64,000 nt of DNA from a virus, in IMG/VR virus record IMGVR_UViG_3300048851_000105, positions 61,779 through 125,778 of that record; one strand, written 5' to 3'. Under the pieces are notes generated by a model. It made no database searches, had not been told where the DNA came from, and worked only from the letters and a program-made list of their open reading frames with translations. Below, in pieces: positions 8,655 to 17,640 of this stretch (position 1 is the first letter of the stretch; each line of letters opens with the position of its first letter). The position numbers were made by a program, and so were the translations under genes.

Positions 8655-9206
8655 GTGAGCAAGTACATCACCGTTGCCGACACTGCCAAGGAACTGCGCA
8701 AGGCCCTGAAGGCCGCGTTCCCGGACCAGAAGTTCTCCGTTCGCTCCCACTCCTACGCTGGTGGAGCCAGCATCGACGTCCGTTACGTCGACGGCCCCGA
8801 CGAGGGTGCGGTCAAGGCCGTGGCCGACCAGTTCTCCGGAGCCGCCTTCGACGGCATGATCGACCTGAAGTCGTACCACTCCAGCCACCACAACGGCGAG
8901 GAGGTCCACTGGGGCGCCGACTTCGTCTTCGTCACCCGTGAGTTCTCCCAGGCGGTCGAGGAGAAGGCCAAGAAGATCGTCGAGGACGCCATCTACGCCG
9001 AGCACGGCACGGTCAACCCGGGTCGCTTCTACGACGTCCCGCAGGAGTTCTTCTCCCGGGCCAGCATCGCCAACGGCGGCAAGAACGAGTTCGGCTCGTA
9101 CAACTTCTCCTGGCGTGAGACCTCGACCCACAGCCTGGTCCACATCATGTCCTCGTGGATCGCCAACGAGGCGTGGTTCGACACTCACCAGGCGGTGGCC
9201 GCGTGA
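8655..9206 (+). CDS. LPD29-like (large polyvalent protein-associated domain) protein
   Basis: TAKELRKALKAAFPDQKFSVRSHSYAGGASIDVRYVDGP...FDGMID. Confidence 0.7.
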   Translation: MSKYITVADTAKELRKALKAAFPDQKFSVRSHSYAGGASIDVRYVDGPDEGAVKAVADQFSGAAFDGMIDLKSYHSSHHNGEEVHWGADFVFVTREFSQAVEEKAKKIVEDAIYAEHGTVNPGRFYDVPQEFFSRASIANGGKNEFGSYNFSWRETSTHSLVHIMSSWIANEAWFDTHQAVAA

Positions 9207-9379
9207 GCGCCCCTGTCGTCCACTACCAGAGCCTCTACCTCAACGCCATGCTGAAGGCGCGGGGTACGGACCAGGACGCACACGAGGCCGGTCTGGCGGC
9301 CGTGAAGGTCCAGACGGAACTCACCCCCGAACTCCTGGACGACCTCCGCGAGTTCTTCCCCGAAGGAGTCGACGCATGA
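9203..9379 (+). CDS. hypothetical protein
   Basis: GTGA coupling. Confidence 0.55.
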   Translation: MSAPVVHYQSLYLNAMLKARGTDQDAHEAGLAAVKVQTELTPELLDDLREFFPEGVDA

Positions 9380-9651
9380 CCGCCAGTAGGGAGGAGACCC
9401 GGGTCTGCCCGCGGTCGCACCCCAGTGCTCCACACAACATGTACCGCGACGAGACACACGACTTCATCTGGTACTGCCCCATGGAGCGTGCCGCAGAGCG
9501 CGCAGAGGCATACCGCTTGGAGCGGGAAGCGATCGAGCGCGCGGAGCGCATCGAGACCCTCGCCGCTGCGATTCGAGAAATCGACGGAGCCCACGACATG
9601 GGCGCTGGCGCACTCGCCGAGGCTCTCGTCGATCGGGGGTGGAAGCAGTGA
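9376..9651 (+). CDS. hypothetical protein
   Basis: GAAGGAG RBS; ATGA coupling. Confidence 0.6.
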   Translation: MTASREETRVCPRSHPSAPHNMYRDETHDFIWYCPMERAAERAEAYRLEREAIERAERIETLAAAIREIDGAHDMGAGALAEALVDRGWKQ

Positions 9652-10103
9652 CCGAGTCCAGCGTCGACCACTACATCATCGTCAAGGTGAGCGACATCCC
9701 GGCAGCGGAGCGTCCAGTGCCGTCGAGATCGAACCTTGGCCGGGTCAGCGGAGCGCTCCGAGATTTCACAGAGGAGTACCCGGACATCCCACTCTCCTTC
9801 GTGCCGTTCAACGCCGAGCGCAGTCGTTCTGTCTTCGGCACGCCGAGCCAGTGGACTCTCGTGAGAGACCTCTTCGAGTTCGAGATGGCCGCCGCCAAGA
9901 GGGTGTCGAGGCCGCGGCGACAGCGTGCTCCAAAGCAGCAGGCGCTGATCGAGCGATCGAGGTACCGGGGTCGAGCCATTCGTGCCGCGTTCGTCGTTCT
10001 CGGCTACTTCGAGAAGTACGGGGAGGACGTCATCGAAGGAATCCTCGTTCGAGAAGAGCGCCGACTGGCCAAGGCGGCCGAGAAGGGCGAATCACAGGCA
10101 TGA
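9648..10103 (+). CDS. hypothetical protein
   Basis: GTGA coupling. Confidence 0.6.
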   Translation: MTESSVDHYIIVKVSDIPAAERPVPSRSNLGRVSGALRDFTEEYPDIPLSFVPFNAERSRSVFGTPSQWTLVRDLFEFEMAAAKRVSRPRRQRAPKQQALIERSRYRGRAIRAAFVVLGYFEKYGEDVIEGILVREERRLAKAAEKGESQA

Positions 10104-10426
10104 CTGACATCGAGCAGGACATGAAGGACGACGCGCTCAACGAGTTCATCATGGACGACGTCCGAGATCGTCTCGTGGCGAGCGGGATGAATCAGTGGAC
10201 CGCGAACGAGTGCCTGAGCAGTGTCGTGCCACCCGTCCAAGACGCCATCCGCGAGGCCATGCAGGATGCACTGGCCTCGGCCGTTCGCCGGACGGTGATC
10301 GACATCTTCACGCTCGTCGAGGGTCTGGAGTCCTACCAGCACGCTTCCTACTACGCGCAGCAGATCGCAGGCAAGTACGCGATCAATCGCGAGAGTGGCG
10401 AAGACACCGTGACTAGTGTAACGTAG
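10100..10426 (+). CDS. hypothetical protein
   Basis: start preceded by the CGAATCACAGGC motif. Confidence 0.65.
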   Translation: MTDIEQDMKDDALNEFIMDDVRDRLVASGMNQWTANECLSSVVPPVQDAIREAMQDALASAVRRTVIDIFTLVEGLESYQHASYYAQQIAGKYAINRESGEDTVTSVT

Positions 10427-10431
10427 AGAAC

Positions 10432-10617
10432 GTGAAGACGAACCTCTGTGCCAAGCACCGCAGCGATCGAGACAAGTGGCTCGACGCTCCCCCCATTCGC
10501 CACGAAATCGTCATCGACGCCCGCACCGGCCCGACCGGCAACGCGCGGCGTCTGATGCAGCAGCAGATCGCTCTCATCGAGTCCTTCTGCGCCAACCAGA
10601 GAGGATGTGCCGTGTGA
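10432..10617 (+). CDS. hypothetical protein
   Basis: leaderless GTG after the class 1 -10 TAACGT at 10419. Confidence 0.6.
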   Translation: MKTNLCAKHRSDRDKWLDAPPIRHEIVIDARTGPTGNARRLMQQQIALIESFCANQRGCAV

Positions 10618-10778
10618 AGACGTCAGAAGCAGTCGCTCGGCTCACGGCCTATCTCGACGAGATGGACCGCATCAACGCGAAGAGCACCCTCACCTACGGC
10701 GACGTGGTGCACGGCATCAACGATCTCGAACTCCGGCGCAGCGACATCCGCGCAGTGCTCTCCGAGGCGGCGAAGTGA
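10614..10778 (+). CDS. hypothetical protein
   Basis: GTGA coupling. Confidence 0.55.
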   Translation: MKTSEAVARLTAYLDEMDRINAKSTLTYGDVVHGINDLELRRSDIRAVLSEAAK

Positions 10779-10954
10779 CGCGCCGACTCGTGGCCAAGGG
10801 CCGCAAGCGTCCCCCGTACGCCACGCAGACGTGGCAGTACGTCCTGGAGGACCCTCTGTGGCGCCCTCAGGCCCCGAACGAACCCGCCCCGGTAGACGGG
10901 GACCTGCGGCGAAAGATCGCCCTGGAGAGCCGCGATCCGGAGGACCTGCGATGA
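10775..10954 (+). CDS. hypothetical protein
   Basis: GTGA coupling. Confidence 0.5.
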   Translation: MTRRLVAKGRKRPPYATQTWQYVLEDPLWRPQAPNEPAPVDGDLRRKIALESRDPEDLR

Positions 10955-11094
10955 CAGACCCCACTCTCGAACCGACGCAGCGCTACTTGCTGAAGACCAC
11001 CCCCGCCGGTGACCTCATGCTCGTCGTGCCGGACACTTCTCGAAATCGAGAACTCATCACCGACGTGGCCGCCCACGTGGAGGCTGCGAAGTGA
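10951..11094 (+). CDS. hypothetical protein
   Basis: GGAGG RBS; ATGA coupling. Confidence 0.55.
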   Translation: MTDPTLEPTQRYLLKTTPAGDLMLVVPDTSRNRELITDVAAHVEAAK

Positions 11095-11435
11095 TCAAGC
11101 AGCGCTTCTACGTGGACGCCACCGCGCGTAACCCGCACGAGAAGAACGCCGTCTACGTGCGAGGCATCAACGCCCCCATCTGGGTCGGCTACAACGAGAC
11201 CGTGGCCAAGGAGGGCGCCCAGCGCCTCAACGACGCGGAGGCCATCGGCGCTCTCGTGGGCTGGCCCTGGGAGGACAAGACCGGGCTCGGACTGCCGCTC
11301 CGCCGGAAGGGCTGGACCGTGGACGATCTCATCTCGGCCGCCAAGGGCGGGGAACTCGACCGCGAGGCAATCCGGCGCGCGGGCACCCTCATCCAGGCCA
11401 TCGCGGTGGTCGCGAACGGAAAGGCGAAGCGATGA
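11091..11435 (+). CDS. hypothetical protein
   Basis: GGAGG RBS; GTGA coupling. Confidence 0.65.
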   Translation: MIKQRFYVDATARNPHEKNAVYVRGINAPIWVGYNETVAKEGAQRLNDAEAIGALVGWPWEDKTGLGLPLRRKGWTVDDLISAAKGGELDREAIRRAGTLIQAIAVVANGKAKR

Positions 11436-12070
11436 TCGTTCTCCTCGACCTCGACGACACCATGACCGACTGGACCGGTCGGCTCGACAAGGGCCTCGAC
11501 GTGACGCCCAGCCTGGCTCACGTACCCCGCGGCGCCGACCGCACGGCGTTCGACCTCATGCACGGGCTCGACAAGGACCAGCAGAAGACCATGAGGGGTC
11601 TGCTCGACGAGGCGGAGTTCTACCGGCACCTGGAGCCGCTCCCGGGCGCTGTGGAGTCCTTCCGGCACCTGATCGAGGCAGGACACGACGTCTTCATCGT
11701 CTCGACGCCCTGGCGGGGCAACCACGCCTCCCCGGCCGAGAAGACGATGTGGGTGGACGAGCACATGGGAGACGAGGGGGTGAAGCGGCTGATCCTCACC
11801 CACGACAAGACGCTCGTGCACGGCGACGTGCTCGTCGACGACAAGCCCGTCATCACCGGCGTCATGCGGCCGCACTGGACGCGCATCATGTTCAACCAGC
11901 CCCACAACGCCGCGGTCGACTACCCGCTTCGTCTGAACGGCTGGGACCGGCTCACCCTGGCACTGCACTGGGCTGCCCACTGCCGCACGCCGTGGCACGA
12001 CCAGAAGAACCAGCCCGCACTGAGGTCCTGTGAGGGCTGCCGGGGCTATGAGAGGGAGATGAACTCATGA
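11432..12070 (+). CDS. 5'(3')-deoxyribonucleotidase (NT5C, HAD family)
   Basis: LLDLDDT motif I; FYRHLEPLPGA; EKTMWV; LILTHDKTLVHGDVLVDDKP; FNQPHN. Confidence 0.85.
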   Translation: MIVLLDLDDTMTDWTGRLDKGLDVTPSLAHVPRGADRTAFDLMHGLDKDQQKTMRGLLDEAEFYRHLEPLPGAVESFRHLIEAGHDVFIVSTPWRGNHASPAEKTMWVDEHMGDEGVKRLILTHDKTLVHGDVLVDDKPVITGVMRPHWTRIMFNQPHNAAVDYPLRLNGWDRLTLALHWAAHCRTPWHDQKNQPALRSCEGCRGYEREMNS

Positions 12071-12510
12071 ACGACAACGCGCTCATTCCGACTGCGCAGG
12101 CCATCGCCACGATCGCGCACCGCGGCCAGACCGACAAGGCGGGGGCTCCCTATATCGAGCACCCGAAGCGCGTCGCCGCCCTCCTGGAGCAGCAGAACAG
12201 CAACGACATCATCGTCGCGGCCGGGTGGCTGCACGACGTCGTGGAGGACTCCGACATCACGCTGGACGATCTTCTGGACGCAGGCATCCCCTCTGCCTGC
12301 GTCCAGACTGTCAATCTCCTCACTCGTCGGCCGGATGTGCCGTACGACGAGTATTACCGGGCGATCTCCCAGAACGGCTTCGCTCTCCGGGTCAAGGTCG
12401 CCGACATCCGAGACAACACCGATATCCGGCGCCTCGCTCAACTCGACCCCCAGATGCAGACCCGTCTCATCGCCAAGTACGCCACTGCGCTCGACGCGCT
12501 CGGCGTCTGA
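12067..12510 (+). CDS. HD-domain hydrolase (MESH1/SpoT-like)
   Basis: AHRGQTDKAGAPYIEHP, WLHDVVED, VKVADIRDN. Confidence 0.85.
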   Translation: MNDNALIPTAQAIATIAHRGQTDKAGAPYIEHPKRVAALLEQQNSNDIIVAAGWLHDVVEDSDITLDDLLDAGIPSACVQTVNLLTRRPDVPYDEYYRAISQNGFALRVKVADIRDNTDIRRLAQLDPQMQTRLIAKYATALDALGV

Positions 12511-12531
12511 TCACGAAAGAAGATTCCTCAC

Positions 12532-12792
12532 ATGGCACTCTCCGACCAGGACAAGGCCCGACTCGACCGTATGGGCTACCCCGAGATCGTCTTCATCGGC
12601 GCCGTCTCCGGCCAGTGGCCGAAGCAGACGTTCATCAACGAAGGCCAGGCCATGTTCTGGCTCTCCTCGCCCGAGGAGGAGAATCGGAGCAAGTACATGA
12701 TCCGCGTCAACCTCCACACCGGCGAGGTCGTGCAGGTGCGGCTGAAGGCGCGCATCGTCGAGCAGGAACTGGTGCCGGTCGAAGATGAGTGA
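12532..12792 (+). CDS. hypothetical protein
   Basis: ORF in operon. Confidence 0.65.
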   Translation: MALSDQDKARLDRMGYPEIVFIGAVSGQWPKQTFINEGQAMFWLSSPEEENRSKYMIRVNLHTGEVVQVRLKARIVEQELVPVEDE

Positions 12793-13000
12793 TCCCGACT
12801 ACGTGGTGATCCGGGTGGCTACCGCCTTGCGAGGAACGGTTCCGCCTGACCTGGACGGCAAGTGGTTCGACCTCAGCACCATGCGACAGGCGCCGGACTC
12901 GATCGGCGCAGGCACGCACACCGCAGTGCCCGCGGGAAGATTCGAGGTCCGGGAGGATGGCGCGGTGGCAGAGGTCTGGGAGTTGCGTCGAGATGAGTGA
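12785..13000 (+). CDS. hypothetical protein
   Basis: overlapping ORF in operon. Confidence 0.55.
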   Translation: MSDPDYVVIRVATALRGTVPPDLDGKWFDLSTMRQAPDSIGAGTHTAVPAGRFEVREDGAVAEVWELRRDE

Positions 13001-13415
13001 TCTTGGGCCCCTCTTCCACTGGAGTCCGCGCGAGCGCCTGAAGTCGATTCAGCGACTCGGCCTCATGCCCGGGCGCCTCAACGTCAGCCCGCACTACCAC
13101 TGGGACGAGGACGGCAACGAGACCAAGCAGCCCTACCGACAGGACAGCGTCTCGTTCTCGCTCGACCCGGCCACTGCCTGGGCCTACTCGCACGGCGCGT
13201 GGCGCAGCGAGGGCACGTTCGACCTGTGGATGGTCATCCTCAGTTCCGAGGACGAGGTCCACGTCAACCCGATGTGGGGCGGCCGGATCACTGAGGTGCG
13301 CGTCCACAACCGAATCATGAAACGGCGACTCATCTGGATCGGTGAGCGCACAGTGGCACCGAAGGCCGTTACCGGCGTAACACAGGCAACTGACAAGGAG
13401 GACCCCCATGGGTGA
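12993..13415 (+). CDS. ADP-ribosyltransferase-fold (Tpt1/KptA-like) protein
   Basis: LFHWSP..LKSIQRLGLMP, VSFSLDPATA and a terminal EVRV strand. Confidence 0.55.
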   Translation: MSDLGPLFHWSPRERLKSIQRLGLMPGRLNVSPHYHWDEDGNETKQPYRQDSVSFSLDPATAWAYSHGAWRSEGTFDLWMVILSSEDEVHVNPMWGGRITEVRVHNRIMKRRLIWIGERTVAPKAVTGVTQATDKEDPHG

Positions 13416-13917
13416 CAAGTTCCCGAAGTCCTATGTGCTCGATCGCATCGAAGCACGTAAGGGCTCGCTGACCATCAAGATCGACGCCGACGAGCGCCGC
13501 CTCGCGGACTGGAAGCAGCGCCAAGAAGCCGCCCTCGACAGCGCTTTCGAGCAGAACAAGGCTCACGTCGAACAGGCCGCCTCGCGTCTGAGGAAGGCCG
13601 AGAAGGCCTACGCCAAGGCAGACGGATACGACGCCAAGCGACAGGTGCTCACCGACCACTTCAAGTCGTGGTCGCCGACGTACACCGTGGGCATCGATGA
13701 CCGCCTTAGTCGCTACGACGACGAGAACTCCCCGGGCAAGGTGGCGAAGCGACTGAAGGAGTACCGCACTGAGTACAGCGATATCGAACACGCGCGACTG
13801 CACCTCCAGGAGATGCCGGTCGACGAGTTCACCATGGCCACGCTGCGCAGCCTCGGACTGCTCTCCGTCCTGAAGTTCGACCTCGCCTCGGCCCGGGAGC
13901 AGGAGAAGGGCCGATGA
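13408..13917 (+). CDS. hypothetical coiled-coil protein
   Basis: AAGGAGG RBS. Confidence 0.75.
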   Translation: MGDKFPKSYVLDRIEARKGSLTIKIDADERRLADWKQRQEAALDSAFEQNKAHVEQAASRLRKAEKAYAKADGYDAKRQVLTDHFKSWSPTYTVGIDDRLSRYDDENSPGKVAKRLKEYRTEYSDIEHARLHLQEMPVDEFTMATLRSLGLLSVLKFDLASAREQEKGR

Positions 13918-14366
13918 CGACTCCCGTCCCGGTCAACACCCCCGAGGCGGCACGCTACTACGGCGTCCCGGAGGGCTCTTCCTACCTCACGGAGGAAGGG
14001 CTTCAGGGTGCTGGGCTGCGACTCATCACGGCAGAGTCCTCCGTCCCGACCGAGGTCCTGGAGAGGTTCCTCCAGACGTCGAAGACGCGCAGCAACTCGC
14101 TGCGCTACGACATCAGTACCAACCTGAAGCGCGCGATCGACGCTGCGGATGCTCTCTCACGGGAGCAGCAGGCCATCCTGGAGTTCGAGGCCGTGCTCGC
14201 TGAGCGCAGGTTCGCGGCGAAGCAAGCCCGTGACGAGCATCCGAAGGAGATGTCCCTCGACGCGCTGCGTTCTCGTCTTCTCGATCTCTCTGAGAGGATC
14301 GGGCTCCGTTCAGACCAGGAGGCGCTCTCAGAGGCTCTCAGTCGACTGGGGAGCCTGGACGAATGA
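13914..14366 (+). CDS. hypothetical protein
   Basis: ATGA coupling. Confidence 0.65.
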   Translation: MTTPVPVNTPEAARYYGVPEGSSYLTEEGLQGAGLRLITAESSVPTEVLERFLQTSKTRSNSLRYDISTNLKRAIDAADALSREQQAILEFEAVLAERRFAAKQARDEHPKEMSLDALRSRLLDLSERIGLRSDQEALSEALSRLGSLDE

Positions 14367-14515
14367 TCGAGATACCGCTCTGGGCGGCGTTCGTGCTCGT
14401 GGGCATCGGAGCCATTGCGCTCTTCCTTCTCGTCGTCGCGATCGTCATCATCGTGATCGCAGCGCGGAAGGGCGCCAAGCGCCGCCGTGAGCGCCTGGAG
14501 GCGGAGAAGTCATGA
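14363..14515 (+). CDS. small membrane protein
   Basis: MIEIPLWAAFVLVGIGAIALFLLVVAIVIIVIAARK; coupled on both sides. Confidence 0.6.
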   Translation: MIEIPLWAAFVLVGIGAIALFLLVVAIVIIVIAARKGAKRRRERLEAEKS

Positions 14516-15093
14516 ACAAGCACGCAGCCATCCGGCGGCTGAACCTCGCGCAGAAGGAGCGCGGCGTCCAGCGCAAGAAGGAGAGCCTGGCCGAGGCGAC
14601 TCTGACCAAGCAGAAGATCGAGGACACGCTCGCGAGCCTGGAAGCCGATCTCGGGCACTTCAAGACCATGATGCTCCTGGAGGGCACCGACCCTCTCTAC
14701 GACGCTCTGCCGAGCGCTGAGGGCCCTCTCCGGACGTTCTACGCCACCTTCGGCGCAGGATACCGTCAGGGGAATTACACGGAGGACGGCCAGGTCGCCA
14801 ACAAGCACTCGATCTACCCCGACTACGTCACAGGCCTCGGGTGGCTTCAGGTCGAAGCACCCTCGCACGCCCACGCGAGTGCTCTCATGTGGGTCGTCTT
14901 CGGCAAGGAGTTCTCGTCGGTCTACGACCACGACCCCAACGAGAAGGCGATCGACTGGTCGAAGAACTACGCGCAGTGGCCGCTGGGGCCCTACCCCCTG
15001 CGATCGTTCGGGCTCTTGTCCTGGTCCGGCTCCCTGGAGTTCTACGTCCTCGACTCGTGGGGCAACACCCTCAGGACGGTGAAGGTCGCATGA
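14512..15093 (+). CDS. hypothetical protein
   Basis: ATGA coupling. Confidence 0.7.
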   Translation: MNKHAAIRRLNLAQKERGVQRKKESLAEATLTKQKIEDTLASLEADLGHFKTMMLLEGTDPLYDALPSAEGPLRTFYATFGAGYRQGNYTEDGQVANKHSIYPDYVTGLGWLQVEAPSHAHASALMWVVFGKEFSSVYDHDPNEKAIDWSKNYAQWPLGPYPLRSFGLLSWSGSLEFYVLDSWGNTLRTVKVA

Positions 15094-15662
15094 CCGGCTA
15101 CGTCGTTGTGAACGCGTCGGGCTCCTATCGGCCGACCTGGAACCCGTTCGGGAAATTCGAGCCCTCGAAGTGGGGAACGGTCGACGAGCAGATCGCCGAG
15201 GCCACCGCAGCGAATCTTCGAGCGCACTCCTCGATCGATCACACGTCCCAGGACCTCTGGACGATGGCTTCCGACTGCGGCCACACCGACCCCTGTGATG
15301 ACGACACTCGCTTCAGGGGCGTCGAGGAACTCATCGACTCGACCTGGGAGCGTGACAACGTCAACGGTCTCTCGTGGAAGGACGGCGATGCGTTCTACGA
15401 CGCCAGGCGGGCCTCTCGTCGAACCATCTGGAGCGCCGTCTTCATGGACGAACTCGACAGCGCCTACCACGACATCCACGACGGCGGCGTCTGCCTGAAG
15501 AAGTATCAGGGCACGTGCTGCATGGGCTGCACCGAGGGAGATGAGGACTTCGGCTTCGAGGTGGGAGCGTGTCAGCGACAGGAACGCGCTCGTGAGTCCT
15601 TCGACGAGTTCTGGGACGCCTTCAGCGTCGACGCAATCGAGTACCTGAGGAGCAGACGATGA
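15090..15662 (+). CDS. hypothetical Cys/His-containing protein
   Basis: ATGA coupling. Confidence 0.65.
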   Translation: MTGYVVVNASGSYRPTWNPFGKFEPSKWGTVDEQIAEATAANLRAHSSIDHTSQDLWTMASDCGHTDPCDDDTRFRGVEELIDSTWERDNVNGLSWKDGDAFYDARRASRRTIWSAVFMDELDSAYHDIHDGGVCLKKYQGTCCMGCTEGDEDFGFEVGACQRQERARESFDEFWDAFSVDAIEYLRSRR

Positions 15663-15892
15663 TCCACGGAGGCATCGTCCCGACGCGGGGTACGAGGTCG
15701 GAGAGCATCGTCATTCCGAGAGGATTCCTCCTGTCTGCGGAACAGAAGGAACTCTCTGAGATTCAGGACGCTCTCTCCATGCTGGGCGGATTTCACAACG
15801 TCACTCTGTGGGAGAACAAGGACTACCCGACGCAGGGCCAGATCATCGAAGTCGAGTACGGCGTTCCCTGCATCACCACACTTGTGCGGTGA
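15659..15892 (+). CDS. hypothetical protein
   Basis: GAGGAG RBS. Confidence 0.6.
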   Translation: MIHGGIVPTRGTRSESIVIPRGFLLSAEQKELSEIQDALSMLGGFHNVTLWENKDYPTQGQIIEVEYGVPCITTLVR

Positions 15893-15910
15893 CCGTTACT
15901 CAGGTAACGT
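15882..15910 (+). promoter_or_regulatory. class 1 promoter
   Basis: TTGTGC-N17-TAACGT with GTTAC-TCAG-GTAAC. Confidence 0.65.
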
Positions 15911-15946
15911 AGTAGACACAGACTAATCCTGGAGAGGATTCAAGAA

Positions 15947-16399
15947 ATGACTGAGACCAAGGTCCAGCGCAGCGAGTACGTCCCATTCGTCGACCACACG
16001 CTCAACGACGAGATCATCCAGCAGGCGTGCAAGAAGGTCGGCTACTCGGGCGACCAGCCCCCCGCGGCCATGCGAGAGTTCGCATGGGCTCTCATCGAAG
16101 CGATGCGGGAAACCACGGACTACCAGCGCGTCGTCACGTACACCAGCGGAAGCGGCTGGAAGGACCCCGACTACGAGCACAGTGCTCTGCACTCCTTCCC
16201 CATCGGCGCCGAGGTTCGATACTCAGACACCGCGTTTGAGTTGTGGCCCAAACTCCCCCCGAGGACCTACATCGTCACGGGATACCCCACTCCGTCTCTG
16301 CATGACGTCTCCTTGGAGGGAGAGCCTCGACCGGTCGGAGAGAACTGGCTCACCTGGGCCTCCGACGAGGAGCGCGCGAAGTGGGTGCCGGAAGCATGA
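15947..16399 (+). CDS. hypothetical protein
   Basis: GGAGAGG RBS. Confidence 0.7.
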   Translation: MTETKVQRSEYVPFVDHTLNDEIIQQACKKVGYSGDQPPAAMREFAWALIEAMRETTDYQRVVTYTSGSGWKDPDYEHSALHSFPIGAEVRYSDTAFELWPKLPPRTYIVTGYPTPSLHDVSLEGEPRPVGENWLTWASDEERAKWVPEA

Positions 16400-16773
16400 G
16401 CGCCTTCATCGACTGTGTCGTCTGCCGCAAGCGCATCGTCTACACCGACAACTACGGTGACGATCGCGGCATGAGCGATGCCGACCTCCGGAAGTGGTTC
16501 CGCGCTCGGGGCTGCACGGTGGCTCCCACTCGGTGCCCCGACCACGCGCGGGACAAGGGCGTAGCGGCCGCACGGCGCTCTCTCGCGGCCTGCGCGGCCG
16601 AGCACGACCCCACGCCCTGGATGACCTACCAAGGGATCGCTCTCGGCGGCGGAGGCGTCTTCAACGCAGGCGGCTCCTCCAGCGGCAAGCAGACTCTCTC
16701 GCCGCGGAAGGAATTCTGCCAAGAACCCTCGCACTACTGGTACCTCCCTGAGCGGAAGAAGGTCGAAGCATGA
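16396..16773 (+). CDS. hypothetical zinc-binding protein
   Basis: CxxC...CPDH; ATGA coupling. Confidence 0.55.
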   Translation: MSAFIDCVVCRKRIVYTDNYGDDRGMSDADLRKWFRARGCTVAPTRCPDHARDKGVAAARRSLAACAAEHDPTPWMTYQGIALGGGGVFNAGGSSSGKQTLSPRKEFCQEPSHYWYLPERKKVEA

Positions 16774-16905
16774 GCCCCAATCCCTACGCCGCCGCGCTGG
16801 AGGAACTCCTCGGCAAGGTCGACGGCACAGGGTCCAACGACCAGGGCCAGCGCCGTGGCATTCGCCGGGCCATCACAGAGGTAGAGCGAGTCTGGGAGGA
16901 GCAGC

Positions 16906-17310
16906 ATGCCGATCAAGCCGCTGACTAAGCCTCAGTTCGAGTTCCTCGTCCATCTCTGTCGCCCGGAAGGTAGGCACACCGGTGGCGACTGGGGAGAAGA
17001 ATCCTATTGGCTCTGTGATGGCTACGAGCGGCGATGGCTCCTGAAGTTTGAGGAACTCGGATTCATGGAGCGCGGGCTGAGGCGATACAGACACAATCCC
17101 GAGTCGTACGAGGTGTTCCGCGTCACTGAGAAGGGGCTCCAGTACCTCTACTCGAACGGCATCGAGAGCCGCAAGCAGTACCGAGCGCGGCGCCGTGCTC
17201 AGGGCAAGGCCGAGCGGGAGGAGAGCGCCGCACGACGTCAGGTCGCCGTCGAGAAGAACCTCGGGGAACTCGACGACTTCCTTGCGCAGATCGAGGCGGG
17301 GGAGCGATGA
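16906..17310 (+). CDS. hypothetical protein (possible winged helix)
   Basis: LEELGFMER...FRVTEKG pattern. Confidence 0.6.
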   Translation: MPIKPLTKPQFEFLVHLCRPEGRHTGGDWGEESYWLCDGYERRWLLKFEELGFMERGLRRYRHNPESYEVFRVTEKGLQYLYSNGIESRKQYRARRRAQGKAEREESAARRQVAVEKNLGELDDFLAQIEAGER

Positions 17311-17582
17311 GTCGCGAGTGGGTCGACGACATGAAGCCGCGGCCTCGTCGCGGGCCAGACACTCGCGATCGTCGCTGGGTGATGCGCTGTGACGTCGGCG
17401 TGTTCGATGGAAAGCGGTGCCAGACAGAGAGCGAGCCGCCCTCTCGGAAGCAGCCTGACCTGCTCGCGTTCGTGCTGGAGGGCTGGTTCATCGCCAAGGT
17501 GCACGGGGACATCTGTCCGGCCTGTCTCGAAGACGGTGTCAAGCCGAAGCGAGAGCCACATCGCCTGATGCAGTTCGCATGA
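17307..17582 (+). CDS. hypothetical zinc-finger protein
   Basis: RCD..C...GW...DICPAC. Confidence 0.6.
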   Translation: MSREWVDDMKPRPRRGPDTRDRRWVMRCDVGVFDGKRCQTESEPPSRKQPDLLAFVLEGWFIAKVHGDICPACLEDGVKPKREPHRLMQFA

Positions 17583-17583
17583 T

Positions 17584-17616
17584 GAAGGCCCCGGTGCCGA
17601 AGCACCGGGGCCTTTC
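17584..17616. terminator. bidirectional intrinsic terminator
   Basis: GAAGGCCCCGGTGC-CGAA-GCACCGGGGCCTTTC between convergent genes. Confidence 0.85.
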
Positions 17617-17640
17617 GTCCGCCCAAGCCGGTAGGCGTGG

